DNA of 64,000 nucleotides from the human T2T-CHM13v2.0 reference genome, Homo sapiens. This document shows positions 15,501 to 28,544 of this stretch, one piece after another. The position numbers and the translations under genes are program-made. Location: the NCBI RefSeq assembly GCF_009914755.1, contig NC_060930.1. One strand, 5' to 3'. The notes beneath the pieces are model-generated. The model saw nothing but the letters and a program-made list of their open reading frames with translations. It was not told the origin of the DNA and did not search any database. Within the stretch, counting starts at the first letter, position 1. Every line of letters begins with the position of its first letter.

Positions 15501-15800
15501 TTTTTTTATTTTTATTTTTTGAGATGGAGTCTCACTCTATTGCCCAGGCTGGAGTGCAATGGTGCAATCTTGGCTCACTGCAACCTCTGACTCCCAGGTT
15601 CAAGTGATTCTCCTGCCTCAGCCTCCCGAGTAGCTGGGACTACAGGCACGCACCACCATGTCCAGCTAATTTTTGTAGTTTTAGTAGAGACGGGGTTTCA
15701 CCATGTTGGCCAGGCTAGTCTCAAACTCCTGATCGCGTGATCTGCCTGCCTCGGCCTCCCAAAGTGCTGGGAGTACAGGCATGAGCCACCGTGCCCGGCC
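15501..15800 (-). mobile_element. Alu (AluS)
   Basis: Full dimer flanked by t(g/a)taaagactttt. Confidence 0.97.
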
Positions 15801-16109
15801 TATAAAGACTTTTAAGGAAAAAAAGAAACACAATCACATTGGATGTGCACACTGGTACTAAGATCCTACAGGATCCCTGCAATCTAGAAGTTGTGTTTCA
15901 GAATCAAGGAAATATGATCAATATTTTACCCAAGTGCCTTCCAAAACTTAGAATTAACTTTCTCATGCAAAAGGTTCTGGAGAGTTTTTCCACTGTGATG
16001 CTTCCCATGACTTTGGGCTCTGGTACACTTGGCATTCCTCACTGCAATCTAATTCCAAAGTCAAGTTAAGCCATCATTTTATGTGTAGAGAGTTAAATAT
16101 GTATTATGC

Positions 16110-16480
16110 CTGTAGTTAGTGTTTTTATCCCTGCTGGACCCTGATCTTAAGGAGAGAGAGAGCCCTACATCTTTTGCGTCTTTTGTTTTTATTCCCGGAA
16201 TCCAGCACTGTGCCTAGGACTCTAGGAGCCCTGGAGTACAATGGAAAGAGCACTGGTTTTATTGTCATAGGGGCCTAAATTCAATTCACACACATTACTG
16301 CTTGTGTAACATTGACAAAATCACTTTTTGACCTCAGTCTATATTAGTTTTTTCATCTTCAAAACATTGTAATATCTACCTTGGAGGATAATTATCAAAA
16401 AGAGACAGAGAAACTAATATGTAAATATTTTGCCTGAAATACATTATTTGCTCAAGAAATATTGGTATGATTATTGCTGT
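16110..16480 (+). mobile_element. L2 3' end followed by MIR
   Basis: tccagcactgtgcctagga; tggaaagagcactgg...gacctcagt...atctaccttggagg. Confidence 0.55.
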
Positions 16481-17214
16481 TGTTACTGTTAACAGATAAA
16501 TATCTGCTCAAATTTGCTGAAAGTTTCCAAATAAACTTAACGGATGGTGAACAAAGAGAGGAGAGATCAAGAGAATAACTAAACTTGTTTTTGTCCTGCC
16601 TCCAATTTACCTGACAATGAGTACAGTGAAGCATAAAGTGTTTTAGACTCATAAACCTGTGAAAATTTCCAATAAATTGTAGAAGGCTTAAAATCCACAT
16701 GGATGGAACATTTCGTACCGTTAGCATTGTGAAACTTAAGCTGCTTCTTTCTTCCCCAGTGTGAATCACTCATCAGTTTAAAAGAGCAGATTAAGAACTT
16801 TTAAAAATCTGTCATCTGAAATAAACTGTCAAGGAGTCTGACTTTGCAGTGATGTTAATGAATGTTTTTCATTATCTCTTCATTAATGGTAATCCATTCA
16901 TTATTAAGTTTTTGCTTCTCTTCCTGTTCCTATTTTCCCTGCCAGGCACTATAAGGAGTGAGGCAGAATGCAATATTGAAATAAATTTGTAGCTACATTA
17001 TAATTCATAAATTGTAGAATTATGGTGAATGTAAAAGTACTGTCATTATCAAAGTGCCCCTTTGAACAAGGCCAAGGCCAGGCCAAGGTGAAGTAGGAGC
17101 AAAATAAACAAAAGAAAGAAAGTAGCTGTAAGAAGGTGTACATTTCTATGTCAAGCAGCTTTTGGGGATGGATGGGGATTATGCTGTAAAATTCAAGGGA
17201 CTGGAAAATAGAAC

Positions 17215-17400
17215 CCCTAATAATAACTGCTACCACTTTTGAGTGATTAATCATGTTTCAAACACTGTACAAAACATCTCATTTAGCTATAAGTCAGCCT
17301 TTTGAGTTGGATACTGGGTTTGGCATTTGATTTTGGTACTACTATCCTTGCTTGATACATGAAGTTTAGACAAATTAAGGCACTTGTCCCCAGTTCAGAG
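17215..17400 (-). mobile_element. MIR fragment
   Basis: aataataactgctaccacttttgagtg...aattaaggcacttgtcccc. Confidence 0.55.
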
Positions 17401-17549
17401 CTAGGACTAGGGTGAGACAAATGAGACACTTAGGGTGCAGACTTTCAGGATGTGCCCGTTCTCACATTGGTGCAGTGCACCTGGGAATGGGCACCTCCTT
17501 AAACCAAGCACCCTAAGCTTGTCACTTGCTTCACTCTATCCCTGCCCTG
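17400..17549. mobile_element. MER91-like hAT MITE
   Basis: Imperfect inverted arms ctagggtgagacaaatgagacacttagggtgc ... gcaccctaagcttgtcacttgcttcactcta. Confidence 0.65.
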
Positions 17550-17810
17550 CCATGATCACACAACTAGAAAGAAAATGGCCAAGTAATTTTTTAGATCAGG
17601 TCCAAAGTTCATGTTCTTGACCACTTTGTTAGGAACCAGCACAGGCATTCACACCCAGCTTTCTGGAGAATAAATTCGATAACTAATGAGTATCTACCAA
17701 TGCTGGGCACAGGGCTGAGTGTGCAGGACACACAGAAATGAAAAAGACAGTCCTTGTCTTCAAGACTAAAATGCTAGTGCACTGTGAAACACTGACATCC
17801 TACCCATGCT

Positions 17811-18283
17811 GGAGGGAAGGATGGAAGGAAGGAAGGAAGGATGGAGGGAAGGAAGGAAGGAAAGAAGGAAGGAAGGAAGGGGAGGGAGGGAGGGAGGAGG
17901 GAAAGGAGGAAGGAGGAAGGAAGGAAGGAGGGAAGGAAGGAGAAGAAGGAAGGGAGGAAGGGAGGAAGGAAGGAAGAAAGGGAGGAAGGAGAGGGAGGGA
18001 GGGAGGGAAGAAGGAAGGGAGGGAGGAGGGAAAGGAAGAAGGAGGAAGGATGGAAAGAAGCAAGGAGAAGGAATGAAGAAGGGAAGGAAGGAGAGGGAGG
18101 GAGGAGGAAAGGAAGGAAGGAAGGAGGAAGGGAGAGAAACAGGGAGGGAGGGAAGAAGGAAGGGAGAGAAAGGGAGGGAGGGAAGAAGGAAGGGAGGGAG
18201 GGAGCAAGGGGGAAGGAAGGAAGGGAGGGAGAGAGGGAGGGAGGGAGGGACGGAGGGAGAGAGGGAGGCAGGAAGGCAAGAAG
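17811..18283 (+). repeat. GA-rich (GGAA/GGAG)n compound microsatellite
   Basis: ~470 bp almost purely purine on the + strand; source of five spurious ORFs. Confidence 0.98.
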
Positions 18284-19789
18284 GCTGGTCCATGCATTGC
18301 TGTGTATTGCATCTCAGTGTTGTCTGGCTCTAGTGCCAGCAGGCCTTGTGAAAAGGGCCCTTACTCTCTCTCAGATTCATTCTCCACATCTGCAAATAAG
18401 AATGATGGTGCCTGTGCTATCCACATCACAAAGTCACAGTAAAAACAAGTATCAAAAGGAGATGATCACTTTGCTTTGTGGCACTATAAAGCAGAGAACA
18501 TCTGTGAGCTACTTTTATAAGGAATACCCCATGTCATTTGCAGAACATTGAATGGGGAGTTGGGATCCCTGGGTTCTAATTTCTGGGTTGCCTTTTATTG
18601 GCAGTATGACCTCACAAAGGACTCTTCTCCTTGCAAGATCTTGCTTCCTCATTCATTAAATGGGAAAATTGGAATAAAAAATGACTCTAAGACTTCATAA
18701 TTGTGACTGAAGTATTGAGGGTAATGTTTAGCAAAAGCATGTAAAATTATTCATAGCTCTGTCTTATTTTACGTAGATCAGTACACATTAATAATATTGG
18801 CTTTAGAGAACTGCATGCAGTGTATGGTGCTGGAGCCCAGGGAAAGTAAAGCAAGGGCATGTGAGTTAGCTTGTGCAGAGCCATCAGCATCCATAAAGGA
18901 ATAAAGCAAGTTCTCATCTTAACCTAAAATGAGAGTTTGAATATGCATGGAACAGCTAGATCGTGTTTAGAAGTCACATCCATAAACATGGAGATGGAAA
19001 CAAGAACATATATCTCCTAGCTGATTCTCCATGCATTGATTTCAACTTTCCATTTCACTCCTCCTACTATCCTTTACCCATTCATTTTCAATAGTGTGCA
19101 TTCCTAGTCAGTGGGTGGTAAGAAGGAGTATGGAAGTAAATACCTTCTAAGTAGATCTGAAGGACTTACTAGTTGCTTACTAATTCACTAATTCTATGAA
19201 GAAATTATCTGCAGCTCTGAAGAGGTATACATTATCCACTGAGACCATTGTCTATTAAGATTGGCATTGCCTTTGGAGTCAGGGTACAGGAATTAAAAGG
19301 AATAGCACCTCCTCCCACAACCCACCCTATTCCTAGAACTCTGCATCAGACCCCGGAGTAAATTGAAAGAACTATATTCCTTTAGTAAATACTTACTGAA
19401 TGTTTTCTACAGACACTATGTCAGGAGATATGTAATCTGCCATAATTCTGATTGCAAAAATCCCCCATGCAATTTTGATTACAAAAATAGAATCCGAAAC
19501 AGAGCCTTCCTCCATAAATCTATTGCCTGTGCAGCTAGGAATAGTTACAGAGACTTCCAGTAACTCAAAAGTTAATGCAAAGGAGACTAAGGATGTGCCC
19601 AAACTAGAAGAGATGAGAGGAGACAGGGGTCTAGATATGACTGACAAGTCTTTATCAAAGGTCATGGAAATGAATCTATCCCAAAGGACCTATGCTTTAA
19701 TAATAAATAGTAAAAAAGATGTATGATTGAGAATTTACTTTGAAAAATGAATCTATGTAAGTTAATGTCATCCTCTAATGAAATTTAGG

Positions 19790-20390
19790 ATAAAATATTA
19801 CATGCTATAATTTATAGAACACAAAATAATTTTCACTAAAAATAATTTTGCAACAAATATTATGATAGCACAATGCAATATCCTTGACATCATGCATGAC
19901 TTCTGCAGCATGATCCAAAAGAGAATCGCATTTGCTAAATTTTTTGAGAACACCCTCCATTTTCCTAATACCAATACTTTGATATTGAAATTATTTCCAT
20001 GGAAGCATCTATCTTATCATTATCCTTGCCAATTCTTTTTTTCCTTCTCAGTTACAAATGAATCTCTTTCAGAAGCTCATGATTCACTAGTTTTGCAGTT
20101 CTCCCCCATCATTTTCACTAACTTCAAGAAACCATGCATTCTTCACCAGATTTGCTCTTTCCCTTTGCAATTGATTTTAATTGTGTTGTCAGGTAACATT
20201 AGACACGAATGAGAAACCGATCTTCAAAGACAGGATAGGCCTGAAGAGGCAGTAGTGTAAGGAAGTGAGAGAGATGATGACTAATTTTATAAGCAGTAGG
20301 TTCATGTGTCACATGTTGATATTACAATGATTGTTTGCCTCTCTAAACACCACCATAAAGGTGGAGGTTTGGATAATGAAGAGCTTCTGT
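19790..20390 (-). mobile_element. Ancient TcMar-Tigger element retaining a transposase C-terminal remnant
   Basis: Minus-strand translations GFLEVSENDGGEL and KKFSKCDSLLDHAAEVMHDVKDIALCYHNI follow the Tigger/TIGD C-terminal pattern (F..xDP..ER...V...V......Y..I); TIR-like end near 20370-20389. Confidence 0.55.
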
Positions 20391-20910
20391 TCGTGGTAAT
20401 AAGGTAACATTCTAAAGTAAACTGAATATCAAACACTTTAATTTACTAATTCAATCTTGAAAGACATGATCTCCAAATACAAACTGTGCTTTTTGTTGCT
20501 GTTGTATTGGGGTAAGTTTTGGAGGCAGTAGTTTAGATGATATAAAATATTTGCCCTTAAAGCTAAATTGACCTACTTTATAAACTGCTGAGACTATGTG
20601 TTTCTAGATAATACATGTGTATGTATGTAAATACATATATACATAAATATATTTACATATAGGCACAGATAAACGTGTGTGTCCATACATATGCCAACAT
20701 GTGTTAATTTGTAATTATATTTAGGTTATTTAAAGTAAATGCAAACAACAATTCAAGCTTTATTATTGGTCTTATGTGTGTTTCTACAAGCAACCATCCC
20801 AAACTGGTTAAATTTTCTATTGACACTGATTTGCCCATCTTTTGGCAATGCACTAATTTCCATGAACTCTTAATGAGATATACAATGAGATTTAAAATTT
20901 TAAACTATAT

Positions 20911-21341
<431 letters not shown>

Positions 21342-22359
21342 TCAACTCATTTCATTAGCATTACCCCTCAATACATACCATTTATGACAGAAATCATCTG
21401 TGAGAAGCTCATTATGCCAGCATGGATTGTTTTTCTGGTTTTGATTCACATTCAGATCCATCACCTAAGTTTCTTATTTATCTTGGCATATGCTTTCCTG
21501 GCAGTGGCTGCTAAAATGCACACACAGCAGATGTCATTTGTATTTTATATACAATCGAATATCTCATAAGAAATGTGCAATGCAAACTTCAAGAACAAAC
21601 ATCTCCCAACAACTCCAACAACTTTATCACCTTTCTGTTGAGGGCTCAACTGACTTGTTGATTCAACATGGTTATGTTGTGATATTAGCTATAGGTTCAA
21701 AGTAAATTTTTTTCTGCCATCTTTTTCCTCTAGGTTATGAATATATTGGTCATCTAGGTCAGCAAGTCTTAATATTTTGGACCCTGTTCATCATCTCGTT
21801 AAACCTAAGAACACTCTTTCATATGACATACACACAAAAAGTTGGATAAAATTTTAATAACTTAATGTCTTTCTAAGGTACGAAACTGTTCTAAGAGAAT
21901 ACCTTCTATATCATATAGCAATTGTGAAGATTATATTAGATGATGTGCATAAAACTTCTAGCCCATAGAGTGGGATTTAACAGATTTGCAATAAATATTG
22001 GTACATTTTCCCCATTCCTCTTGTTATTCAGAATTCATATCTTATTTCAAAGGTCCTGGATTTGGCTGGTGACTAAATGCAATTCCACTAGTAAAACTTA
22101 AAAATAGTTTCCCATCTTGCAATTTACACTGATATTACAGAAAGCCCAGAATTCAACTCCAAAGGTGAGTAACATGAAGTATCAGAGAACAAAATGGCCT
22201 GGGAGCTCCCATTTCTCTGCTCCCCCAAAAGCAGTCTCCCATTTCCCTGCAACCCAAAGCAGAAATAGGAAAAAAAAATTTCAGGGGCCTGTCTCTCGTG
22301 TATCTTCAAACTCTGCCACTCCACTTTCCATCCTAACATGAACCCTGCCTGGCCCTCAA

Positions 22360-23800
22360 GCCATTATCACCTATCTCTTTTCCTTTCTTCACTAATATCT
22401 CTGAAAATAGTCTATATTCCGTCTTCCACGTTCTTCCTTTAAATTCACATGCCATCCCCTCTGCAGTGTGGCTTTTGCCTTTACCTTGCTACTGAAGCTT
22501 CTTTGGTTATGTCCCCTCTGAACTCCTAAATGCTGCCTCTCAGACCCCTTACTACTAGATAGAACTCTGTGCAGCTAATGGCCCAATGCCCTGACTTCTT
22601 CCTCGTCTAGAATTATGGCTACCATTGATGCCTTCATTCTTTCCAGTGTCTCTCTTGGATCTTCTCCACCATTTGGGTTTTACATTTTTTCCCTTTGACT
22701 CTTGTCTTTTCTCTCAGCCCTTTGTTTACATTTCCTAAGATTTTTGTCTTAGATGCTCTTCTCTTCTGGTTACATACCCTCTCTGGGGAATCTAGTCAAT
22801 TCCCATGGCTTCAGTTCTACCCTGTTAACCAATGACTTCCAAATCTATAACTTGATTCCTCACATGAATTCTAGATCCATATCTATGTTTGGATACCCTA
22901 CAGTTACTTCGAATTCCTTTTTCTCCCAACTTGTGTTACTTGTCCACGGTCCAGGCTCCACCTGCTCCACCCTGTCTCACAACATCAACATTCACCAAAC
23001 CTCCTGACTCATATCCTTGTCCCCATAGAAAGCTGCCCATCAAGTCCTGAAGATTCCGCCTTTGTAGCATTTCTGGCTTTGGCAGCTTCTCCATCACAAT
23101 CTGGTATGGACCCTCATTCCTCCCAACAGGATTTATAGAGTGACTTTCTCTTCTGATTCTCTGTTTACAAATCCGTCTTACAAATATCTAGCAGAGGCTA
23201 TGCTCCAGCAGAGCTGATCATGAGCTCACAGTACTTACAGACAAAAGACCAATCTCTTTTGTGCAGCATTTAATCCCTACATGCGCTGGTCCTGGTCCTG
23301 CCTGGCCTCATCTTTGAAGTCACCAAGTCTTTTCATGCCTCTGTGCCTTTGTTTAGCTCTCATTTCTGCCAGCTCCTGCAAGCCTTAGTTAAATCTAGTC
23401 AATTGCTTAGGATCCAGCTCAGATGTCACCTTCTCTGTAAAGATTTATTTCACTTTTCCGCAAGCAATACAGTAATCACAACTTTGCTAATGCTGCTGGC
23501 ATAGCACATATCACCCTGGGTCATCATGTGCAGTTATTCAGATTGTTTGCTGAACAAGGACACCTAGCCTAGAGGGCAAGGGTCTAAAATCCAGGCGAGT
23601 GGCAGAAGGGAGCATCTATTTTTCTAATTCACATAAAGGTGCAATATAGAGTATGGTGACCCAGTACTTCAAAAGGGACTTTAGTTTAGTGCTCCCTGAG
23701 GACATCTGCCTCTCTAGACTATAAACTGTTTGGGGCTAGGTCTTCTTTGTCTTTATATCTTCAATGTCTAGCACACTTTCTTGCATGGGCTTGCAAAGAT
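22360..23800 (+). mobile_element. Long degraded L2
   Basis: tcccatggcttcagttctacc...tgacttccaaatctata...cagctcagatgtcaccttctctg...ctagactataaact. Confidence 0.75.
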
Positions 23801-23819
23801 GATCAGTTTTGGAAGATTA

Positions 23820-24070
23820 ACAACAACAACAATAATACTGTATAAGCATTAAAAAAATCTCTTATATTGTAGGAACAACTCTAAGTGCTTTGCATGGATC
23901 ATCTCAGTTGCCACATTAAGCCTATCAAGAAGGTACTATTAGTATTCCCATTTTGTGGATTATAAAACTGGTGCTTGAGGAAACTCAGTTATTTGCTTAA
24001 AGTCACACGGCCAGGATTTGAATCCAAGCCTGTTTAATTCCAGAATCTGGGCCCTTAAACACTATAGCAA
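23820..24070 (-). mobile_element. MIR
   Basis: ctaagtgctttgcatgg...attcccattttg...aagtcacacggccaggatttgaatcc. Confidence 0.8.
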
Positions 24071-25002
24071 ACAGCATAGGTACCATGCATGCATACACCA
24101 AAAAAGAATTCACATGCCCGTGATGACAATGCCTGGGGCTCAGGACCATTTGAGAATCTAAAGTGTTTTTATAGAATGCAGTCTGCTGAAGAGCAAACCC
24201 AGAGGCATCCTGATGTCCACCTATAAAAAGATAGACATAACCTTTCTGCACAGGAACAGGGCGAGCTCAGCCCCTGCTGTCTCATGAGAGTCTAAGAGGA
24301 ATTATCCTCCCGGCAGGTTAGCACTGCACAGAGTTAAGAGGGCTGCACCTCCGATTGCTGACCGTGGGTGTCTCTTGCTCTGCCACCAGCATTGTTTCTC
24401 TCTCACCTGTTTTGAATGGCAGCCAGGTTGTCAGCTCACATTCAATTTCTGGCATAGCCACTCTGAATAAGCCATGGAGCCCCTCTGTCGACTCAGACTA
24501 GGAGGGGCAGCACAGCTATCCATCATCCCAGGGTGATCATGCCAGTCCCAGCATGCCCCCCAATTTCACCCAGGGCTCATTAACACGTAGAACAGGAGAT
24601 GCGGCAGACACCTCCTGAGAGAAAGGCCTGCTGAAGGATGAGCAATCATCTTCAAACAACCATGGGAGAAGGGCAAGATCTCTTTCCAAAGCTGTTTTCG
24701 CTATGTGTGTTAGAAGCCACGGTTGGTCCTTATGGCAGGCTGCTGAACGAAACCCCTCAAAATGCCCGGCACGTTCAACGTTCATCCCACCACCTACGAA
24801 CGGGACTGGCTTGAAATTAACCCCTAGGGTTCTAGGTAGTCCTAGAAACTAGGGCATGATGGGATTTGTCTTTCTTTTATCTTCAGAATCCTGGTTTAAT
24901 TTCTACCTTTTCCTCAAAGCCTGCTCCAGCCCTGAAGGATTGCTTCCTCTTCCGAGTTCACAGAGTATTTGCATCTGTGCAACTTACTTGAAAATTGCAA
25001 TT

Positions 25003-25060
25003 CATTCCATCTGTCCATCCACCCACCCACCCACCCATCCATCCATCCATCCATCCGTTC
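25003..25060 (+). repeat. (CCAT/CCAC)n microsatellite at an L2 tail
   Basis: Direct observation; followed by L2-like sequence to ~25330. Confidence 0.85.
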
Positions 25061-25344
25061 ATGTGGTGAGCCCTGAAGTTGTCCTATGTGGCAGGCATCG
25101 TGGTAGGGGGCAGGACAGAGAGAAAATTAAAGCTCTACTCATATTCTCAAAGGGAGAGCCCAGCCCCCTGGGCAAGGCAGATAGGTGGACAGGAAAATTC
25201 AATAGAGGGTGTTTGAGTCTATAACAAAGACAGGCAAAGGTGCTATGTTCATCCCCTAAGGCAGGACTAAAGAAAGGTAACACTGAGGAAGGATACATGA
25301 GTCTCGAAGGAGAAGAGAGGGAAGCGAGGTGATTCAGGAAAAAG

Positions 25345-25445
25345 CTCCTTAAATCAGAATGTCTGAGTGTCGGAGCAAGGCATTGGTGTTTTTTCAAAGA
25401 TCTCCAGGCAATTCCAATGTGCAGCAAAGTTTGAGAAATACTGCT
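25345..25445. mobile_element. MER5 fragment
   Basis: aatcagaatgtctg...tctccaggcaattccaatgtgcagcaaagtttgagaa. Confidence 0.75.
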
Positions 25446-25455
25446 TTAGAGAACT

Positions 25456-25816
25456 ATGCTAAGCAAAGCCGGATCAGCTCCATTTCGGAGTTCATGTTCC
25501 ACCCTTTACCTCCAATCCCCCTCACCTGGGATGGCTCACAGCCAATGCATGATCAACTGGCACAGAGGAACAAAAGGAGGGACCCCTTGCCTAAAGCTGG
25601 GACCAACTCTGAGAGGCAATTTGTGCTTCAGAGTTTCCCCACGTGGTTAGGCTGCAGCTAGAATCCAGCTAAGATCTCATCCTTGGTGTAGCCGCTTCTC
25701 CTGCCCTAACCTACTCCTCCTACCTACTCCCTTGCTTCGAGAGCGTTTATCTAGTAAGTCACGTTCACCCGAATCTCTGTTCTGTCCTCTGCTTTGGAGC
25801 ACCTGACTCCAGAGAC
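25456..25816 (+). mobile_element. LTR16-like ERVL solo LTR
   Basis: cagccaatg...gggaccaactctgagaggcaattt...gaatctctgttctgtcctctgcttt. Confidence 0.7.
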
Positions 25817-26461
25817 CCCAGTCCTTCAAACTGTTCATCACAGAAATTTGATGTGGATTTATTGGCAGTGATGGTTAAATTTCCCAGAGAGAGGAACTAT
25901 AAGCTCTCAAATGTTATCCTCAGATGATGCATTGGCCCTTTATTGGAAGAACTTGAAGGACCATGGTTTAATCCAAGGAAGACACAACAACAAGGTGACT
26001 CTCAGGCTTGAAACAGACAAATGCAAAGAACAAATGACTCATTGTTCCTCAGTCACACCACTTCAATAGCTGCCAATCTCACCTCTTTTGAGGACTGTTT
26101 ATTCACAGCCAAAGCCTGGAACTTCTTCACTGTGTTACCTTGGTTTAGAAAAATGCACCCAGCATCCCTAGATAATATTTTGGAATAGTTTCTAACTGAT
26201 CAGCCTCTACTGAGATTGCTCCTTCATTCAAGCGTGTCAGAAATAATCATTTTAATTTTCTATGAATGCCTTCATGGCACTTCCTGCTTGCGTAACCATT
26301 GTTTTAAGATGTTATTGCAAATGACAGTCTTTTGAGACTCCAGCATAGCTATTGTCTACAGAATTTTTTTGCACCACTTTTTTTAAAAATAAAATATTTT
26401 ATCCCCTAAATACTGCAGTATCTTAGTTAATCTCCCAACACTGCCTGTAAACAGAAAGAAC

Positions 26462-26759
26462 TTTTTTTTTTTTTTTAGATGGGGATCTTGCTCTGTCACC
26501 CAGGCTGGAGTGAACCTGGTGCAATCATGACACACTGCAGCCTTGACCTCCTTGGCTCAAGCGATTCTCCCACCCAGGCCTTCTGAGTAGCTGGGACTAT
26601 AGGTGTGTGCCCCAACACCTGGCTGATTTGGGGGAATTATTGTGGAGACGGGGTCTTGCTCTATTATCCAAGTTGGTCTTGAACTGCTGGGCTCAAGCAG
26701 TCCTCCCACCTTGGCCTCCCGAAATGCTGAGATTAGAGGTGTGAGCCACTGCGCTGGCC
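26462..26759 (-). mobile_element. Alu (AluJ)
   Basis: Diverged dimer; cactgcagccttgacctcc. Confidence 0.93.
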
Positions 26760-27184
26760 AAGAGAATTTTTTTGGGTGTGTGGAGAACCTCTTTGGGGAT
26801 ACATGGAAAGAAAGAGAAGTTCCTAAGAGCTGAGGCTAGGTCCTCAAACAATTACACCAGTACTTGGATAATCATTGTCTTTGTGCTGTTATAACAGAAT
26901 TGTGTACAGCGTTGCCAGCCACATCTGCCCTCAGTGTTAACTTGTTCCCCAGAAAGTCATCGCATCTTATCCTAGGTGGTGAGTCACTGCAGAAGAGAGC
27001 ACAGGAGCCTGAATCCAAGACTCTAACTGGTTGGAAGGGCTGGAAATAAACATCAACTCAAGGCCAGTTGGCAAGTAATTCAGTAGGAGAAAGGGTGTAT
27101 GGGTACCATGAATCTAAAAGGGTGTATGAATACCATGAATCTAGACGTTTCAGCTGAATCTTGAGTCCAGAAAGGTGACAAATG

Positions 27185-27442
27185 AGCCGGGCACAGTGGC
27201 TCATGCCTGTAATCCCAACACTTTGGGAGGCCAAGGTGGGCAGATCACCTGAGGTTAGGAGTTCGAGACCAGCCTGACCAACATGGTGAAACCCCATCTC
27301 TACTAAAAATACAAAAATTAGCTGGGCATGGTGGCACATGCCTGTAATCCCAGCTACTCAGGAAAGCTGAGGCAGGAGACTCACTTGAACCTGGGGAAAC
27401 AAGAGCAAAACTCTGTCTCAAAAAAAAAAAAAAAAAAAAAAA
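27185..27442 (+). mobile_element. Alu (AluS) with ~50-bp internal deletion in right arm
   Basis: ttgaacctggg joined directly to aacaagagcaaaactc; TSD aaggtgacaaatg. Confidence 0.95.
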
Positions 27443-27489
27443 AGAAGGTGACAAATGCACAGGACAGCCATGTAGGCAATTTTAGTGGT

Positions 27490-27880
27490 CAAGGTAAAGG
27501 CTAAGCGTCTATAACAAAGAGGCTTTAAAATATAGTGGCTTAAGATCGAAATTTGCTTTTCTGTCACATTAATAGCCTGGAAGAGAGTGGTCCAGTGCCA
27601 TCCTTAACAAGTGGTTTCTGGTATTTCTCCAACGATTGTGACTTTTCAGAGAGTGAGAAGGAGGTAAAGGAAGTTTGGGGAAGTATCTTTCTCCTTCAAG
27701 AAGATAACCCAAAAGTTACATACATTATTTTGGTTCATCTCCTTTTAGCCTAAGTTTAGTCTCAGGGTCATACCTACCTGCAGGGAAAGTTGGCAACTGT
27801 AGTTATAAGCACAATAGCTATGTGTCCAGCTAAATTCAGGGGGCTCTGTTATGCAAAGAAAGAGGTCAGCAGTCACTACC
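27490..27880. mobile_element. Old MLT1 solo LTR
   Basis: taacaaa...atagtggcttaa...ggtcatacctacctgcagggaaagttggcaactgtagt. Confidence 0.65.
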
Positions 27881-28359
27881 ATGGCAAGTTAATATAAATG
27901 TCCAGAGACCCAAAATAAATCCAGGAGAAAACTGGAGGTGCAGTCTAAGTAAGCTCATACTGTGGGGCATTGCTTATGTAAATAGCAAATACATTTTTTA
28001 AGTCTGGATTGATGGGTGAATGAGTAGATGATAAATGGGATGACTGCTCACGTCAGCATCCGGGGACTTTAATTAAACAGCGGTGATAGTCACAAAGCAG
28101 AATCACACAAACATTCACATAAGTAAAAAAGGAGGGGAGTGTATGCCCTGAATTGCCCTCGTATTCTTTCTGTTAGTGCAGGCAAGCAGAGGATGGCAAA
28201 TGTGTGCTAAGGAAAGGGCTTAACATGCATTTCAATTGTGGTCTCAACAGCTCACAGCTGGGAGGTTCAGCCAGCTGAGACCCAGGCCAATACCTTGGTA
28301 CTCAGATTTCACTCAGATAGTAAGAGTCTTCCACTCTCAGCATCTCTTCCTCTATAGAC

Positions 28360-28544
28360 CGGTGGTTCCAAGAGTATGGTCCCAGACCAGCTGTATCAGC
28401 ATCATCTAGTAATGCATTAGAAAAGCAGATTCTCAGGCCCACCCAAGACCTACTGAATCAGAAATGCTGGAGGTAGGACCCGAAATCTGTGTTAAATAAG
28501 TCTTCCAGATTATTCTGATGCACATTCAGTTCTGAGGACCACAA
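28360..28544. mobile_element. MER5A
   Basis: gtggttccaagagtatggtccc...gcagattctcaggcccacccaagacctactgaatcagaa. Confidence 0.9.

Noticed and set aside
17738-18551. Five long ORFs (112-236 aa) on both strands
   Set aside because: Artefacts of the stop-poor GGAA/GGAG tract; low-complexity G/R/E/K or P/S/L/F translations
19475-19726. 83-aa ORF with protein-like composition
   Set aside because: Non-ATG start, no clear splice sites, no family I recognise, and adjacent to repeat fragments; not supportable without a homology search
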